Both the position numbers and the translations under genes were made by a program. Below the pieces are notes generated by a model, which was not told where the DNA came from, did not search any database, and worked only from the letters and a program-made list of their open reading frames with translations. Shown one piece after another: positions 30,411 through 49,295 of a stretch of 64,000 nt of DNA. Origin of the DNA: an uncultured Clostridia bacterium (GTDB taxonomy: Bacteria > Bacillota > Clostridia > TANB77 > CAG-508); contig CAKOVI010000001.1 of NCBI GenBank assembly GCA_934121905.1, forward strand, positions 24,847 to 88,846, written 5' to 3'. Each line of letters opens with the position of its first letter. Within the stretch, counting starts at the first letter, position 1.

Positions 30411-32705
30411 GTGAAATTTACGGTATCAAATAGATTAAATCCATCTCTTTTAGGAGAAAGAAAAATAGATGAATATTCATTTAAAGATTCTACAGGAGAA
30501 AGTAATGATGGTATGAGAAGAAGTTTTACATATACTGTACATTGTAAGATATTTGGAAACATAACAAATGAAATGAAAAACGAAGATGGAACATATACGT
30601 ATGATTACATATCAAGAGCACAAAGCGAATATGGAGATACAATTAGAAATCCCAAAGAATCCAAAATGGATTTAAAAACAATGGTTGAGGAACTTATGTT
30701 TCAATATAATATTCATAATTTTTCAACAGAATTACAAGAAGAACCTAATGATATAAAAAATTATTATGTATCTATGAATACCACATTGATTCAAAAATTA
30801 AATAATGAACCATATTTTTCATATAGTTCAAATTTGTATGAAAAAAATAGAGTAGATTATATATCAGATGAAAATACACAAGTTTCAAATTATCAAAATA
30901 TAAAATCAGAATCAATAAATGAAGTTAATAAAAAATTAAATAATAAATTATCAAAAGAAGAATATATTTTATATTTGCTAGGAAACAAAATAGAAAAAAA
31001 TTTTATAATAAAAATGGGATTAGATGAAATCGGAGAAAATGAAACTTTAAGAGAATTTTTAAATAAAATATCATTGAAAAATATAGAATGTAAAAATTTA
31101 GAAGAAGCATTAGATCAAAAAATAATTTCTATACAAGATATAAAAGAAGTATTACCTAAATATAGTAATTTAAGTCCTATAAATATTTCAAATAATCTTT
31201 TAGAACAATTATTTAATGAAACGCCAGAATTAATACAATATTTTTATCAAAGAGAAATGCCGACAGACATATTAAGAAAATATAGTCCAAATTTTGATAT
31301 AAAAAAAGTAAATCCAAGTGATTTATTACCAAATGATTTAGATAATGTGCTTGAAAATGTTATTCAAACTTATTATATTTGTGGAATATATGGAGGTCCA
31401 TCTGAGGAAGAACTTAGAAAAGGATATATGGACTATCTAAAGACCTTTTATGATGATCCAGATGCTTTAAAAAAGATTATACCTGTTCTAAATACGGCAG
31501 AGTACTATTTTTTTAGAATTTTAGCAGAAAATTTTGTAAAAGATATATCACCAGAAGTACTTGGAGAAAATGAAATAAGAGATATACTATTAGATACAAA
31601 AAATATAGAATTATCACAAATATTAAAATACAAATTCGATTATGATAAAAAATCAGCAGAAAAGCTATTGGAATTATTAAGAAAGCAGACATCAAGAATA
31701 CACATGGATTATCTAAATGATACATTAAAGATAATTAAGGAAAATGGAATAAATAACGAAGAAATAGTTGAAGCACTAAGGATAAATGGATTTAATTTTT
31801 ATTTGGGTAGTGGAAATGATGGAAAAAAGGAAATACAAGAATTTAAAGAATTAGGAATACAAGGAATGACTTTAGATGATTTAAGAGATAGAATGTTAAA
31901 AAGTGAAGATTTTAATTATCTAATGTTAGTTGATGAAATTACTCCAGAGGAAATGACCAGAGAATACAACAATATATTAAACGAGTTGATGGAGAAAAAA
32001 AACATAAAAGGGGATAAAAAATATGAGGGGATTTTTGAAATAATGTGTGAATATCAAAATTCTTCTGAATTATTTTCAAGATTGACTCCAAATATAAAAG
32101 AACTAAGTAAAAAAATAATGATAGAAAATTTAGATGTAATTGAAAAACTTCAAAAAGCTCCTATCAATCGTTATAGTAAATTTTCTCAAGTTATGAATGT
32201 TATGTCAGAAGCCTTTAAAATTACAGAAGAGGATATGAAAAATATTTATATGAAATGTTTAAATAATGGTGTTTCTAAAGAAGATATAATTAATGAATTA
32301 AAACAGTATATCCCAGAAGCAGATAGAGAAGAATTTAAGAAAAAAATTGAAAATTCTAACATTTATCCAAATCCAAAATATTTTTGGTTAACAGATAAAA
32401 ATCTAAAAAAGATTGGAATAAAGAGAGGGGAAAATAGAAATACCATAAAGAGTAAAATTCAAGCAGATGGAAAATGTTTTTCAACTAAAATAAAAACAGA
32501 TATGGTTGGAGAAAGCAAAGATGGTAAAAAAGTTGTTGTAAATAATTTATCAAAATGGCTATTTGGAGTGCCAGGTGCAAGGGGAAATTTAACAATCACA
32601 AAGGCTGGAGATTATATTCAATTACCTGGAAATACTCCTGAAGAAGCAGTGAAACTTATTGAAAATATATTAGAGGAGAGAACAAAAGAAGGAGAAAGTA
32701 AATAA
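30411..32705 (+). CDS. Large hypothetical protein (~764 aa)
   Basis: Long ORF with a probable GTG start at 30411 after the RBS aggaggg. The ORF track gives 30387 as an alternative start. No recognisable domain. Confidence 0.5.
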   Translation: MKFTVSNRLNPSLLGERKIDEYSFKDSTGESNDGMRRSFTYTVHCKIFGNITNEMKNEDGTYTYDYISRAQSEYGDTIRNPKESKMDLKTMVEELMFQYNIHNFSTELQEEPNDIKNYYVSMNTTLIQKLNNEPYFSYSSNLYEKNRVDYISDENTQVSNYQNIKSESINEVNKKLNNKLSKEEYILYLLGNKIEKNFIIKMGLDEIGENETLREFLNKISLKNIECKNLEEALDQKIISIQDIKEVLPKYSNLSPINISNNLLEQLFNETPELIQYFYQREMPTDILRKYSPNFDIKKVNPSDLLPNDLDNVLENVIQTYYICGIYGGPSEEELRKGYMDYLKTFYDDPDALKKIIPVLNTAEYYFFRILAENFVKDISPEVLGENEIRDILLDTKNIELSQILKYKFDYDKKSAEKLLELLRKQTSRIHMDYLNDTLKIIKENGINNEEIVEALRINGFNFYLGSGNDGKKEIQEFKELGIQGMTLDDLRDRMLKSEDFNYLMLVDEITPEEMTREYNNILNELMEKKNIKGDKKYEGIFEIMCEYQNSSELFSRLTPNIKELSKKIMIENLDVIEKLQKAPINRYSKFSQVMNVMSEAFKITEEDMKNIYMKCLNNGVSKEDIINELKQYIPEADREEFKKKIENSNIYPNPKYFWLTDKNLKKIGIKRGENRNTIKSKIQADGKCFSTKIKTDMVGESKDGKKVVVNNLSKWLFGVPGARGNLTITKAGDYIQLPGNTPEEAVKLIENILEERTKEGESK

Positions 32706-32823
32706 AAAATATTACAAAAATATATCATTTGTGTAACAATCATGTAATATTTTGATTTTTAAAGACAATGAAATTTATTTATGATATAATTTTTTTACAA
32801 AATAGTAAAAAGGAGAGATGTGA

Positions 32824-33891
32824 ATGGAAGATGAATATGAAAAAATAAAAAGAGAAATTGAAATAAGTGGAAGAGCAGAACAGAAAAGATATATGGAAGA
32901 ATATACAGCAGGTTTATCAAATATAGAAGAAGATTTAAGAACTCCAGAAATATGTATGGAGGCGGTCAAAAAAAATGGTACAGCATTAAGTGCCGTTCCA
33001 GAAAATCTAATTACAAATGAAATGTGTATGGAGGCAGTTAAAAATAATGGCTTAGCATTACAATATGTGCCACTAATAACAAAAGATTTATGTGAAGAAG
33101 CAATAAAAAATACAGGAAGTGCATTACAATATGTACCTAAAGAATTAAGAACAGAAGAATTATGCTTAGAAGCTGTAAAAGATGATGGTTCTGTTTTATA
33201 CTGGGTTCCAAATAAAACACAAGAAATATGTGAAGAAGCAGTTAAAAGATATGGTAGTGCATTAAGATATGTTCCAAGTATGTTAAAAACAGAAAAAATG
33301 TGTGAAGAAGCAATTGAAAATCAAGCAAATGCAATAAAATGGGTTCCAGTTAGATGGAGAATACCAGAAATATGTATGAAAGTAGTTCAAAAAAATGGTC
33401 ATTACTTGAGGTATGCACCTTTTTCTGAACCTTTTGATAAAGGAACTGCAGGAGGACATACTGATGATACAATGGTAAAAAATTTAGGTATAGAAGAATT
33501 AACAAAACAAAGAAACATTGCAACAGAAAATTTAACAGATGAAGTCAAATTAGAAATATATACAAAAGCAGTTGAAAATAATGGACATGCATTAGAATTC
33601 ATTCAACCAGAATTTAGAACAGAAGAAATGTGTATGAAAGCGGTTAAAAATGTTGGAACAGCACTAAAATTTGTACCTAAGGTGTTAAGAACAGAAGAAA
33701 TGTGTATTGAAGCTGTAAAAAATAATGAAGGAGCAATGAAATCCGTTCCGAAAAAAATGAGAGAGACGATTAAGATAGAAGTAGATAAACACAAAAAAGA
33801 ACTAGTGGGAAAAATTCTTAATCAACAAGAGATAATAGCTAATCAACAAGTGGAAATAAACAAATTGAACAGTCAAAAAAAGGAGTTATAG
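32824..33891 (+). CDS. DUF4116 repeat protein (about 9 tandem ~30-aa repeats: T.E.C.EAVK.NG.AL.YVP)
   Basis: Repeats such as EICMEAVKKNGTALSAVPENLITNEMCMEAVKNNGLALQYVP... The repetition is also visible at the DNA level. C-terminal coiled coil. Confidence 0.65.
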   Translation: MEDEYEKIKREIEISGRAEQKRYMEEYTAGLSNIEEDLRTPEICMEAVKKNGTALSAVPENLITNEMCMEAVKNNGLALQYVPLITKDLCEEAIKNTGSALQYVPKELRTEELCLEAVKDDGSVLYWVPNKTQEICEEAVKRYGSALRYVPSMLKTEKMCEEAIENQANAIKWVPVRWRIPEICMKVVQKNGHYLRYAPFSEPFDKGTAGGHTDDTMVKNLGIEELTKQRNIATENLTDEVKLEIYTKAVENNGHALEFIQPEFRTEEMCMKAVKNVGTALKFVPKVLRTEEMCIEAVKNNEGAMKSVPKKMRETIKIEVDKHKKELVGKILNQQEIIANQQVEINKLNSQKKEL

Positions 33892-34227
33892 ATGAAAAAT
33901 AATGAAATGATAAAATATAAAGAAAGTTTTATATATAAAATTAAAAGTTTCTTTAAAAAAATTTTTGGAAGGCAAAAGTATAGTAATATACAAGAAGAAT
34001 TGGTTAATAAGGAAGAAAAGAAAAATAGTTTTATAGATACATTAAAAGTTGATGAAAAACTAGTTGATGCAGTAGTTGAAAGAAAAAAATTTTTAAAAGA
34101 AATTGAAGGAAATGAAAAAGCATTAAATATGTTGTCTATGGATAGATTAAAAAAACTAGAAGAATATTATGATAACATTATCGAACAAAATAATGCAAAA
34201 ATAAAAAAATTGAAAGATGTAGCATGA
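33892..34227 (+). CDS. Small coiled-coil protein
   Basis: 111 aa. Its start abuts the upstream stop. A terminator hairpin follows at 34233-34275. Confidence 0.4.
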   Translation: MKNNEMIKYKESFIYKIKSFFKKIFGRQKYSNIQEELVNKEEKKNSFIDTLKVDEKLVDAVVERKKFLKEIEGNEKALNMLSMDRLKKLEEYYDNIIEQNNAKIKKLKDVA

Positions 34228-34410
34228 AGAAATAAAAAGAGAAAAATCAGAATAACTTTTGATTTTTTCTCTTATTTTTTTATTATATAAAATTTTAAAA
34301 TTATATTGAAAAAAATATATTTATCGGTATAATTATACTAAAGAGTTATTTACTATATAATTACAATTAGAGTAAGGCATAGTTAATAAAACGAGAAAGG
34401 AAAATAAAAA

Positions 34411-36354
34411 ATGTTGCAAAATAATGATATAAAGGAAAAATTAAAATACAAAAATTTTGATGAAAGAGCACTAAATTACATTGTCAATGCTATAGAAGAG
34501 TTTGATTCTTTATTTGGGCAATATATAAGCAAAGAAAAAGTGGTAAATAGAGTAATAAATAATTTAGATTATTTTGAATTTGGACGAGATTTTGGACCTT
34601 CTGACGCATACCAAGAAGGAGCATTTTTGAAAGATGAAAAAAAAATACAAATATCAAAAAAATTAGATAATGATGAAGAAGTCATAAAAAGTGTAGTTTT
34701 TCATGAAATGTTTCATGTTATAACAACTGACCCAGAAAAATCAATAACAGGATTTTCAAAAACTATTATTACAGATGATTTTGAAGTAAAACAAATTGGT
34801 ACACATGGATTTACGGAAGGTTTTACTCAATATGCTACTAAAATAAGAGATGATAAATATTCATTAAAGAAAAGAGATGGTTTTACTTATCCAATATTGA
34901 CAGAACAATTTGAAAATATAGTTTTATTAATAGGTAAAAATAAATTTTTGGATATTGCTTTTAACAGACCTCAGGATTTTATTGAAGAAATTAGAGAAGA
35001 ATATGGAGATGGACTAGACTTTGAAGAGTTAGATTATTTATTTGATGCTTTTGATATTATATGGGATAACGAAATAAAAATTTTTTTACAAAATATAATT
35101 AATGATTTTTCAGATGAAAATTTTAATTCATTATATAGAGCAGAAGAATCAATTGAAATAAAATTTGCGAAAAATACTATTATAACAACATTGGAGAAAA
35201 TATTATTAGATAAACCAATTTCAACTATAGAAGAATTTAATGAAATGTATCAAACAATGAAAATATATATTAATCAATTAAGAGGCTTTGATATAAAAAT
35301 GTATGAATTATTGTATAATAAATTACAGGATTTACAAAATGGTAATGATGTAGTTAGTAAAAAAATTATAGAAAAAATTGATTCAGAGGATTTTAGAATA
35401 TTTGCAGGGCAAGAAAGTTATATTAATAGTATTAAAAAATTACCACTAAAAGAAAAACTAATAAAATTTTCAGAACCAGATACAAAAAAAGAATTATCTG
35501 ATTATGATTTTTTTGGGAGGGATAGGTATCAAATTACCCAACGTGCAAAATTAGCTAGTACAATTATTGAAACCGATTCAGAGATAGCAAATGGAGAACT
35601 ATTATATATTTTAATTAATGGATTTGCAAAAACTATATTGGAGAAAAATTGGAATTTAGATAAAATTGGTTTGGATTGTATTAGATTAGATTCATGGAGA
35701 ACTATATTTAATTTATATGAAACAAATATGGGAAAAAGAACATATTTAGGAACGTATGGATATAGCGGTAATGAAGAATATGAAGAATATACATTAAATG
35801 TTTCAGACGAAAAAAAGAAAAAAGTATTAGAGGAACATCCTGAATTTGATAATATGCTTTTACTAGAAGCACAAAATGGAGAATTTGTTGGATATGCAGG
35901 AAACGATAAATATATTGATGAATATGGTGAAACAGAAAGAGTAGAGCATTGTAAAAGCAAAGAAGAAAAAACAATAGAAAACTTAAAATCTAAATTGGAC
36001 AAATTTAGAAATTTAAAGGTAATGGAACAGGACGATATCGGAATTCCTCAGATTATACTTGATTCTGAATTGAAACAAGTAAAAGAAGAAATAGATAAAT
36101 TAAAGCAAATTGATGGAGAGAATAACACAATATTAGAAAGATTAGAACGATTATCAAGTAATACATCAATGCAAGACGTAAATGAAATTATTGAAGAAAT
36201 AACAACATCAAAATTAGGATTAGAAATATTGGATGTAGAAAAAGATTTTAGTAGATTAGACGATGTAGAAAAAATGATGAAAGAACATTTAAAAGAACAG
36301 GAGCAGGATTTAGGAAAAACAAATGAAAAAGATAATGGTGAAACACATAATTAA
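34411..36354 (+). CDS. Hypothetical protein with an HExxH zinc-metallopeptidase-like motif
   Basis: VVFHEMFHVITT is followed by GFTEGFTQYA, a possible third zinc ligand (Glu). 647 aa with an acidic coiled-coil C-terminus. Confidence 0.45.
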   Translation: MLQNNDIKEKLKYKNFDERALNYIVNAIEEFDSLFGQYISKEKVVNRVINNLDYFEFGRDFGPSDAYQEGAFLKDEKKIQISKKLDNDEEVIKSVVFHEMFHVITTDPEKSITGFSKTIITDDFEVKQIGTHGFTEGFTQYATKIRDDKYSLKKRDGFTYPILTEQFENIVLLIGKNKFLDIAFNRPQDFIEEIREEYGDGLDFEELDYLFDAFDIIWDNEIKIFLQNIINDFSDENFNSLYRAEESIEIKFAKNTIITTLEKILLDKPISTIEEFNEMYQTMKIYINQLRGFDIKMYELLYNKLQDLQNGNDVVSKKIIEKIDSEDFRIFAGQESYINSIKKLPLKEKLIKFSEPDTKKELSDYDFFGRDRYQITQRAKLASTIIETDSEIANGELLYILINGFAKTILEKNWNLDKIGLDCIRLDSWRTIFNLYETNMGKRTYLGTYGYSGNEEYEEYTLNVSDEKKKKVLEEHPEFDNMLLLEAQNGEFVGYAGNDKYIDEYGETERVEHCKSKEEKTIENLKSKLDKFRNLKVMEQDDIGIPQIILDSELKQVKEEIDKLKQIDGENNTILERLERLSSNTSMQDVNEIIEEITTSKLGLEILDVEKDFSRLDDVEKMMKEHLKEQEQDLGKTNEKDNGETHN

Positions 36355-36377
36355 AAAAAGAAAAGGAAGTGTGAAAA

Positions 36378-36818
36378 ATGGTAACTACTGAATATAAAAT
36401 TGCATATTCTGAAATATTAGAAATATTAAAACATATCTCCAAGAAAGAACAAGAAAAAGTTCCAAGTAATATGATTGAAATGTTTAAAGCAAATGCTAGT
36501 GAGAACAGTAATTTTGCATATAATCCTAAAAAAACTTTACAAGAACAAAATGTTTCTGAAATAGCTATATCAATAATTGCAATTTTATACAGAGACTATT
36601 GGGCTACAAAAGAACAAAAACAAAAAATATTAAATTATCAAAACAGAGAACGTGAAAAATATAAAGCGGAAAAATATGATGTAAATAATATATTTAAAAA
36701 GAAAAATGAAATTAAGCCTACAATTACAGTTGCTGAAGAATACCCTGTAGTAGTGAAAAAACAAAATTTTATACAAAGGATAATAGGTAAGATTAAGAAG
36801 TTAATTATAAATAATTAA
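36378..36818 (+). CDS. Hypothetical protein
   Basis: 146-aa ORF starting 24 bp after the HExxH gene. Confidence 0.4.
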   Translation: MVTTEYKIAYSEILEILKHISKKEQEKVPSNMIEMFKANASENSNFAYNPKKTLQEQNVSEIAISIIAILYRDYWATKEQKQKILNYQNREREKYKAEKYDVNNIFKKKNEIKPTITVAEEYPVVVKKQNFIQRIIGKIKKLIINN

Positions 36819-37072
36819 AGTGTTATGGATAGGATTTTTGAGGGGTATGATTTAGGAAAAGGAAAAGGCGGAATTGGGTTGCTAACTCGTGGCGAATTAT
36901 CTAGAATTGATTTAACTAGAAGTGCTTTTATTATGGCTTTGACTAGATATATTAATGGAGATAATTGCACAACGAAACGGTCAAAATTTGCACAACAAAT
37001 TACTCAAAAAATGCACAATACATATTGCAAAATTAAAAAAAATATGTTATTCTAAAAAAGAAGGTGAGTCAA

Positions 37073-38353
37073 ATGAAGTTAACTAAAAAAGGTTATATGA
37101 AGAGATTAATAGACGATACGATAGAAGAAAACCTAAATATTTTTGGAGCAATAAGTATTGAGGGACCAAAGTGGTGTGGAAAAACATGGACCGCTTTAAA
37201 TCATTCAAACAGTGTAACATACTTAAATAATACTGCTGACAATTTTAGAGAAAAACATTTAGCAGAAATGGATGTGAATTTAGTTTTGGATAAAGATGCT
37301 CCTGAGCTTATTGATGAATGGCAAGAAGTACCTGCTATATGGGATGCAGTAAGATTTAAGTGTGACCAAGATAATAAAAAAGGTAAATATATTTTAACAG
37401 GTTCAAGTGTTCCAGTAAGTGATAAAATACATCATTCAGGAGCAGGCAGAATATGTAAAATGAAAATGTATACCATGTCTTTGTACGAATCGGGAGATTC
37501 TATTGGAGAAGTATCTCTAAAGGATTTATTTGAAGACAATGTAAAAAACAAGTTGGTAGCCAAAGTAGAATTAAAAAGATTAGCAGAACTAATTGTCAGA
37601 GGTGGATGGCCGGAAACAATTTACATTAGCGTAAAAGGAGCAATGCGAATAGCTAGAAGCTATATTGAGGCAGTATTAGACAAAGATATTGTAGAAATAG
37701 ATGGTGTAAAAAGAGATAGACAAAAAATGGAAATGTTATTAAGGTCTCTAGCAAGGAATGAGAGTACAATTTCTGGAAATAATGTATTAATGAAAGACAT
37801 AGATGATAATATTACAGAAGAAGATGTAACTATAAGCAGAAATACTGTTACAGATTATTTGAATGTACTAAATAGACTTCATTTGATTGAAAATCAATTA
37901 CCATTTATGTATAAAATACGTTCAAGGCTAAATGTAGGGAAAAATCCTAAAAGGCATTTAGTGGACCCATCATTAGGGTGTGCAATTTTAAATATTACTC
38001 CAGAAAAATTAATGAATGATTTAGAGACAATGGGATTATATTTTGAAGCACTTTGTGAAAGAGATTTGAAAATTTATGCTGAAAGTATAGGAGCTAAATT
38101 ATATCATTATAGGGAAAATGATACTGGTATAGAAGTTGATGCTATTATAGAAATTGCCGATGGTGAATATGGGGCAATAGAAATAAAATTAGGTGCAAAT
38201 AAGGAAGAAGAGGCTGCAGAGAGTTTAAAAAGATTTTACGAATTAGCAGATGTTAAGCCAAAATTTATGTGTATAATTTGTGGTTTATATGATGCTGTTG
38301 TAAAAAGAACGGATGGAATTTATGTATTGCCGATTACTGCTTTAAAACCTTAA
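37073..38353 (+). CDS. AAA+ ATPase with a DUF4143 domain (COG1373 family)
   Basis: P-loop IEGPKWCGKTW with a DUF4143-like C-terminal region. The ATG at 37073 follows the RBS aaggtga. Confidence 0.65.
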   Translation: MKLTKKGYMKRLIDDTIEENLNIFGAISIEGPKWCGKTWTALNHSNSVTYLNNTADNFREKHLAEMDVNLVLDKDAPELIDEWQEVPAIWDAVRFKCDQDNKKGKYILTGSSVPVSDKIHHSGAGRICKMKMYTMSLYESGDSIGEVSLKDLFEDNVKNKLVAKVELKRLAELIVRGGWPETIYISVKGAMRIARSYIEAVLDKDIVEIDGVKRDRQKMEMLLRSLARNESTISGNNVLMKDIDDNITEEDVTISRNTVTDYLNVLNRLHLIENQLPFMYKIRSRLNVGKNPKRHLVDPSLGCAILNITPEKLMNDLETMGLYFEALCERDLKIYAESIGAKLYHYRENDTGIEVDAIIEIADGEYGAIEIKLGANKEEEAAESLKRFYELADVKPKFMCIICGLYDAVVKRTDGIYVLPITALKP

Positions 38354-38593
38354 ATGTATTTGTCGCTGCCCATTTGCAGAGTTATAAATGAGAGAGTGAA
38401 TAAAAATAAGGCTTACATTTTAATGATAAGCCTCTTTTATACTGTTATAAACAATATGTTAAAAAGGCTCGAAAATAGCTAAATAAATGCAATGCAACCA
38501 AAAGTAGCATAGATGTAAATAAAAGTTTATAGAAAAAATACCAAGAATTGTTTAAAATAAAAACAGAAAAATTAAACAAGGAGGAACAAAAAA

Positions 38594-39271
38594 ATGAAAT
38601 TTAATGAGAACCTAAAATATTTAAGAAAAGAAGCAAAATTAACTCAGGAACAGCTAGCTGAAAAATTAAATGTATCAAGACAAGCAGTTACAAAATGGGA
38701 AAGTGGGCAATCACTTCCAGACATTCAAAATTTAAAAGAAATGGCAGATATGTTTGAGGTTACAATGGATGCATTGGTAGGAGATATTGGAACTAAAAAA
38801 GAAAGTGTTATGAATAAAAAAATAAATGATATAGGATATTTTATTTTTGCGACTGTTGTTGTTATAGGAATATGTATAATATCAGTAATGGAATATATTA
38901 ACTCAGTTACAAATGATGAAAATAAAGTAATTATATCTTATATAATGTTAGGAATAGGAGCATTTGTATTTTTTGTATATATTTTAAAAAAATACTTACA
39001 GAATTCAAATGAACCAATCATAAATATGAAAGATACTATTGAAGGAAAAAAAGAAAGAAAAAAATATATAATAAATAGATATAAAACAATGATTTTTGCA
39101 GATATATTTTTTTCAATAATATTTGGTTTGCCAAATGCAATGAGTGGTTTGTCAGATTTTTTTGGAAACTTTATAGAAAATATTATTATGTTTCTTTTAA
39201 TAACAATATTTGTAGCAATAAAAAATTATGTGGATTTGGAGAAAAAAGTAAAAGAATTAAATAAAGAATAA
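38594..39271 (+). CDS. XRE-family HTH regulator fused to a membrane domain
   Basis: LRKEAKLTQEQLAEKLNVSRQAVTKWESGQSLPDIQNL, followed by 3-4 transmembrane helices. Confidence 0.75.
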   Translation: MKFNENLKYLRKEAKLTQEQLAEKLNVSRQAVTKWESGQSLPDIQNLKEMADMFEVTMDALVGDIGTKKESVMNKKINDIGYFIFATVVVIGICIISVMEYINSVTNDENKVIISYIMLGIGAFVFFVYILKKYLQNSNEPIINMKDTIEGKKERKKYIINRYKTMIFADIFFSIIFGLPNAMSGLSDFFGNFIENIIMFLLITIFVAIKNYVDLEKKVKELNKE

Positions 39272-39419
39272 ATAAAATAGGATAAATTTTACATTGAAAA
39301 GGATAGAAAAAATTTAAAGAATTTTAGTTTTTGGCCAATTTGTTTTTAAACACATAAATGTATAAAAAATCCCCAAACAGCAAACAATAACCACAAAAAG
39401 CAAAAAAGGGGAAAAATTT

Positions 39420-47532
<8,113 letters not shown>

Positions 47533-47534
47533 AT

Positions 47535-47594
47535 GACCCATTGGGACCGGTTCTTTTTGGGTAAATTGACCCATTGGGACCGGTTCTTTTTGGG
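47535..47594. repeat. Two direct copies of the 27-bp unit gacccattgggaccggttctttttggg separated by taaatt
   Basis: Seen directly in the sequence. It belongs to the same family as the inverted pair at 25716-25786. Confidence 0.8.
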
Positions 47595-47743
47595 ACAAAA
47601 ATTATTTTGAAGATATTTTCAAATAACCGAACAAAAAAGTCACAAATAACCGAAAAGACAATTAAATTTCTTAAACACGAAATAAAAACCAAAAAAATAA
47701 AAGTTATTTCTCGTTAGAGAAATAACTTGACAAAAAATTTAAT

Positions 47744-49120
47744 CTACCATATTGGCACATAAACCCCAAATATCAGAAAAAGAATAACAACATATAAAAT
47801 CAACATAGCAATTCCAGCAATAATTAACAACCCAAAATCTTTAACCTCAACATTGACAGTTTTCATTTTAGTACCAACTTTAACATCTATAATAGTATTT
47901 CCCTTAGATATACCAGTTACAACTCCATCATCATTTACACGGGCAATATCAGAATTTTGACAATTATAACTAATAACATCATCAAAAATACCTTCGTAAT
48001 TTTCAGGAACGGTTTTAATAGTTAAATCTATTTTTTTGCTTTTGTTAATAAACAAAACTAAATTATCATCTGAAATATCAAAATCATAATCTATTTTAAT
48101 TTTAGAATCCTCTATAGTATCATTGGTAATTTTAACTTCATCAGTAGAAATGACCTTAAAATTATCATTATCAATTGAAATTACAGAACTATTGCTAGTT
48201 CCAGCATTTAAGTTACCAATATTACCACCAATCAAATTAGTATTAACAGTATCTATCACGCCAGTAACTGTTGAATCCTCAGTTTCACCGCCAACATAAA
48301 ATTTATCAATAGAGCCAGAGCTAAGCTCAACATGAGCACTTTCGACAGTACCTCTATTTACAGATTGATACAAATAAATAGAACCACCATTAATTTTAAC
48401 AGTACAATTACCTGTATACCCATTAGAGCCTCCAGCAGTTACATAAGCTTTACTCATATCACCACCATTAATAGTAAGATTTGCAGTTCCTGTATAAGAA
48501 TAACCTTGGCCTCCACCAAAAAGAAGAGATTGGATAGCTCCGTCATTTACAATAGTATTTGCAGTATTTACACGGCATTTAGAATTGATAGCATCATCTT
48601 TAGTTCCAACAGAATAATTTTTGCCACTAATTTTACCAGTTGCAATTCCGCCACCTTGCATAGAAAAAATGTTGCCTCCATTTAATTCTATATTAGAGGT
48701 ATCAACCGTTGCATAAAAATATCCTCCTCCTACAATAGCATTTGTTACATTGCCACTATTTATAATTATTTTTGTATTAGAAACATAAGAAGAATTTTCT
48801 TCGGTAAAGCCAATTCCTCCACCTACAAGGTTTTGAACAGTTCCACCATTCATTACAATGCTAGATGAAGTAAAATTTCCTCCATTTCCACCGCCAAAAA
48901 TTGTCACACTATTTGGTACAATTTGACTTCCATTTTCCCAAGATACAACGGTTTTGCCATTTTCTTCTGATACTATAATAGGTGTTCCATTTGCATAAAT
49001 TGCACCTTGATTATTGTTGTAGGTTTCATCATATATAGGAAGAGAGGAAGCGTAAGATGCAGTAAAATTTAAAATTTCAAAAGAAAATATTAGTGTAAAT
49101 AAAAAAAATATTTTTTTCAT
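47744..49120 (-). CDS. Secreted/surface-anchored beta-helix-like repeat protein with a Big_2-like domain and a C-terminal TM anchor
   Basis: Signal peptide MKKIFFLFTLIFSFEILNFTASYA. Many NGG/VGGG repeats. Big_2-like segment SDIARVNDDGVVTGISKGNTIIDVKVG. Hydrophobic C-terminus. Confidence 0.6.
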   Translation of the reverse strand: MKKIFFLFTLIFSFEILNFTASYASSLPIYDETYNNNQGAIYANGTPIIVSEENGKTVVSWENGSQIVPNSVTIFGGGNGGNFTSSSIVMNGGTVQNLVGGGIGFTEENSSYVSNTKIIINSGNVTNAIVGGGYFYATVDTSNIELNGGNIFSMQGGGIATGKISGKNYSVGTKDDAINSKCRVNTANTIVNDGAIQSLLFGGGQGYSYTGTANLTINGGDMSKAYVTAGGSNGYTGNCTVKINGGSIYLYQSVNRGTVESAHVELSSGSIDKFYVGGETEDSTVTGVIDTVNTNLIGGNIGNLNAGTSNSSVISIDNDNFKVISTDEVKITNDTIEDSKIKIDYDFDISDDNLVLFINKSKKIDLTIKTVPENYEGIFDDVISYNCQNSDIARVNDDGVVTGISKGNTIIDVKVGTKMKTVNVEVKDFGLLIIAGIAMLILYVVILFLIFGVYVPIW

Positions 49121-49295
49121 TTAATTTTAGTCCTTTCTTAATAATTTTTGATAAGTGTATTATAATATTTTATGAGAAAATTCTGCAAGGTGTGATTTCT
49201 CTATAAATTGTATGAAATATTAATTTTAACTTGTGTGACAAATGTTTATTTGCTATAATGTAGAAAATCTAAAAGATAGGGAGAAAACATACGCA

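Noticed and set aside
32824-33891. Regular about 90-bp DNA periodicity that could be mistaken for a CRISPR or repeat array
   Set aside because: The repeats are in-frame codons for the DUF4116 protein repeats inside a single long ORF. There are no spacers of unique sequence.
36825-37055. 76-aa ORF in the gap before the DUF4143 ATPase gene
   Set aside because: It has no RBS, atypical composition and promoter-like AT tracts. It is more likely the promoter/leader of the downstream gene.
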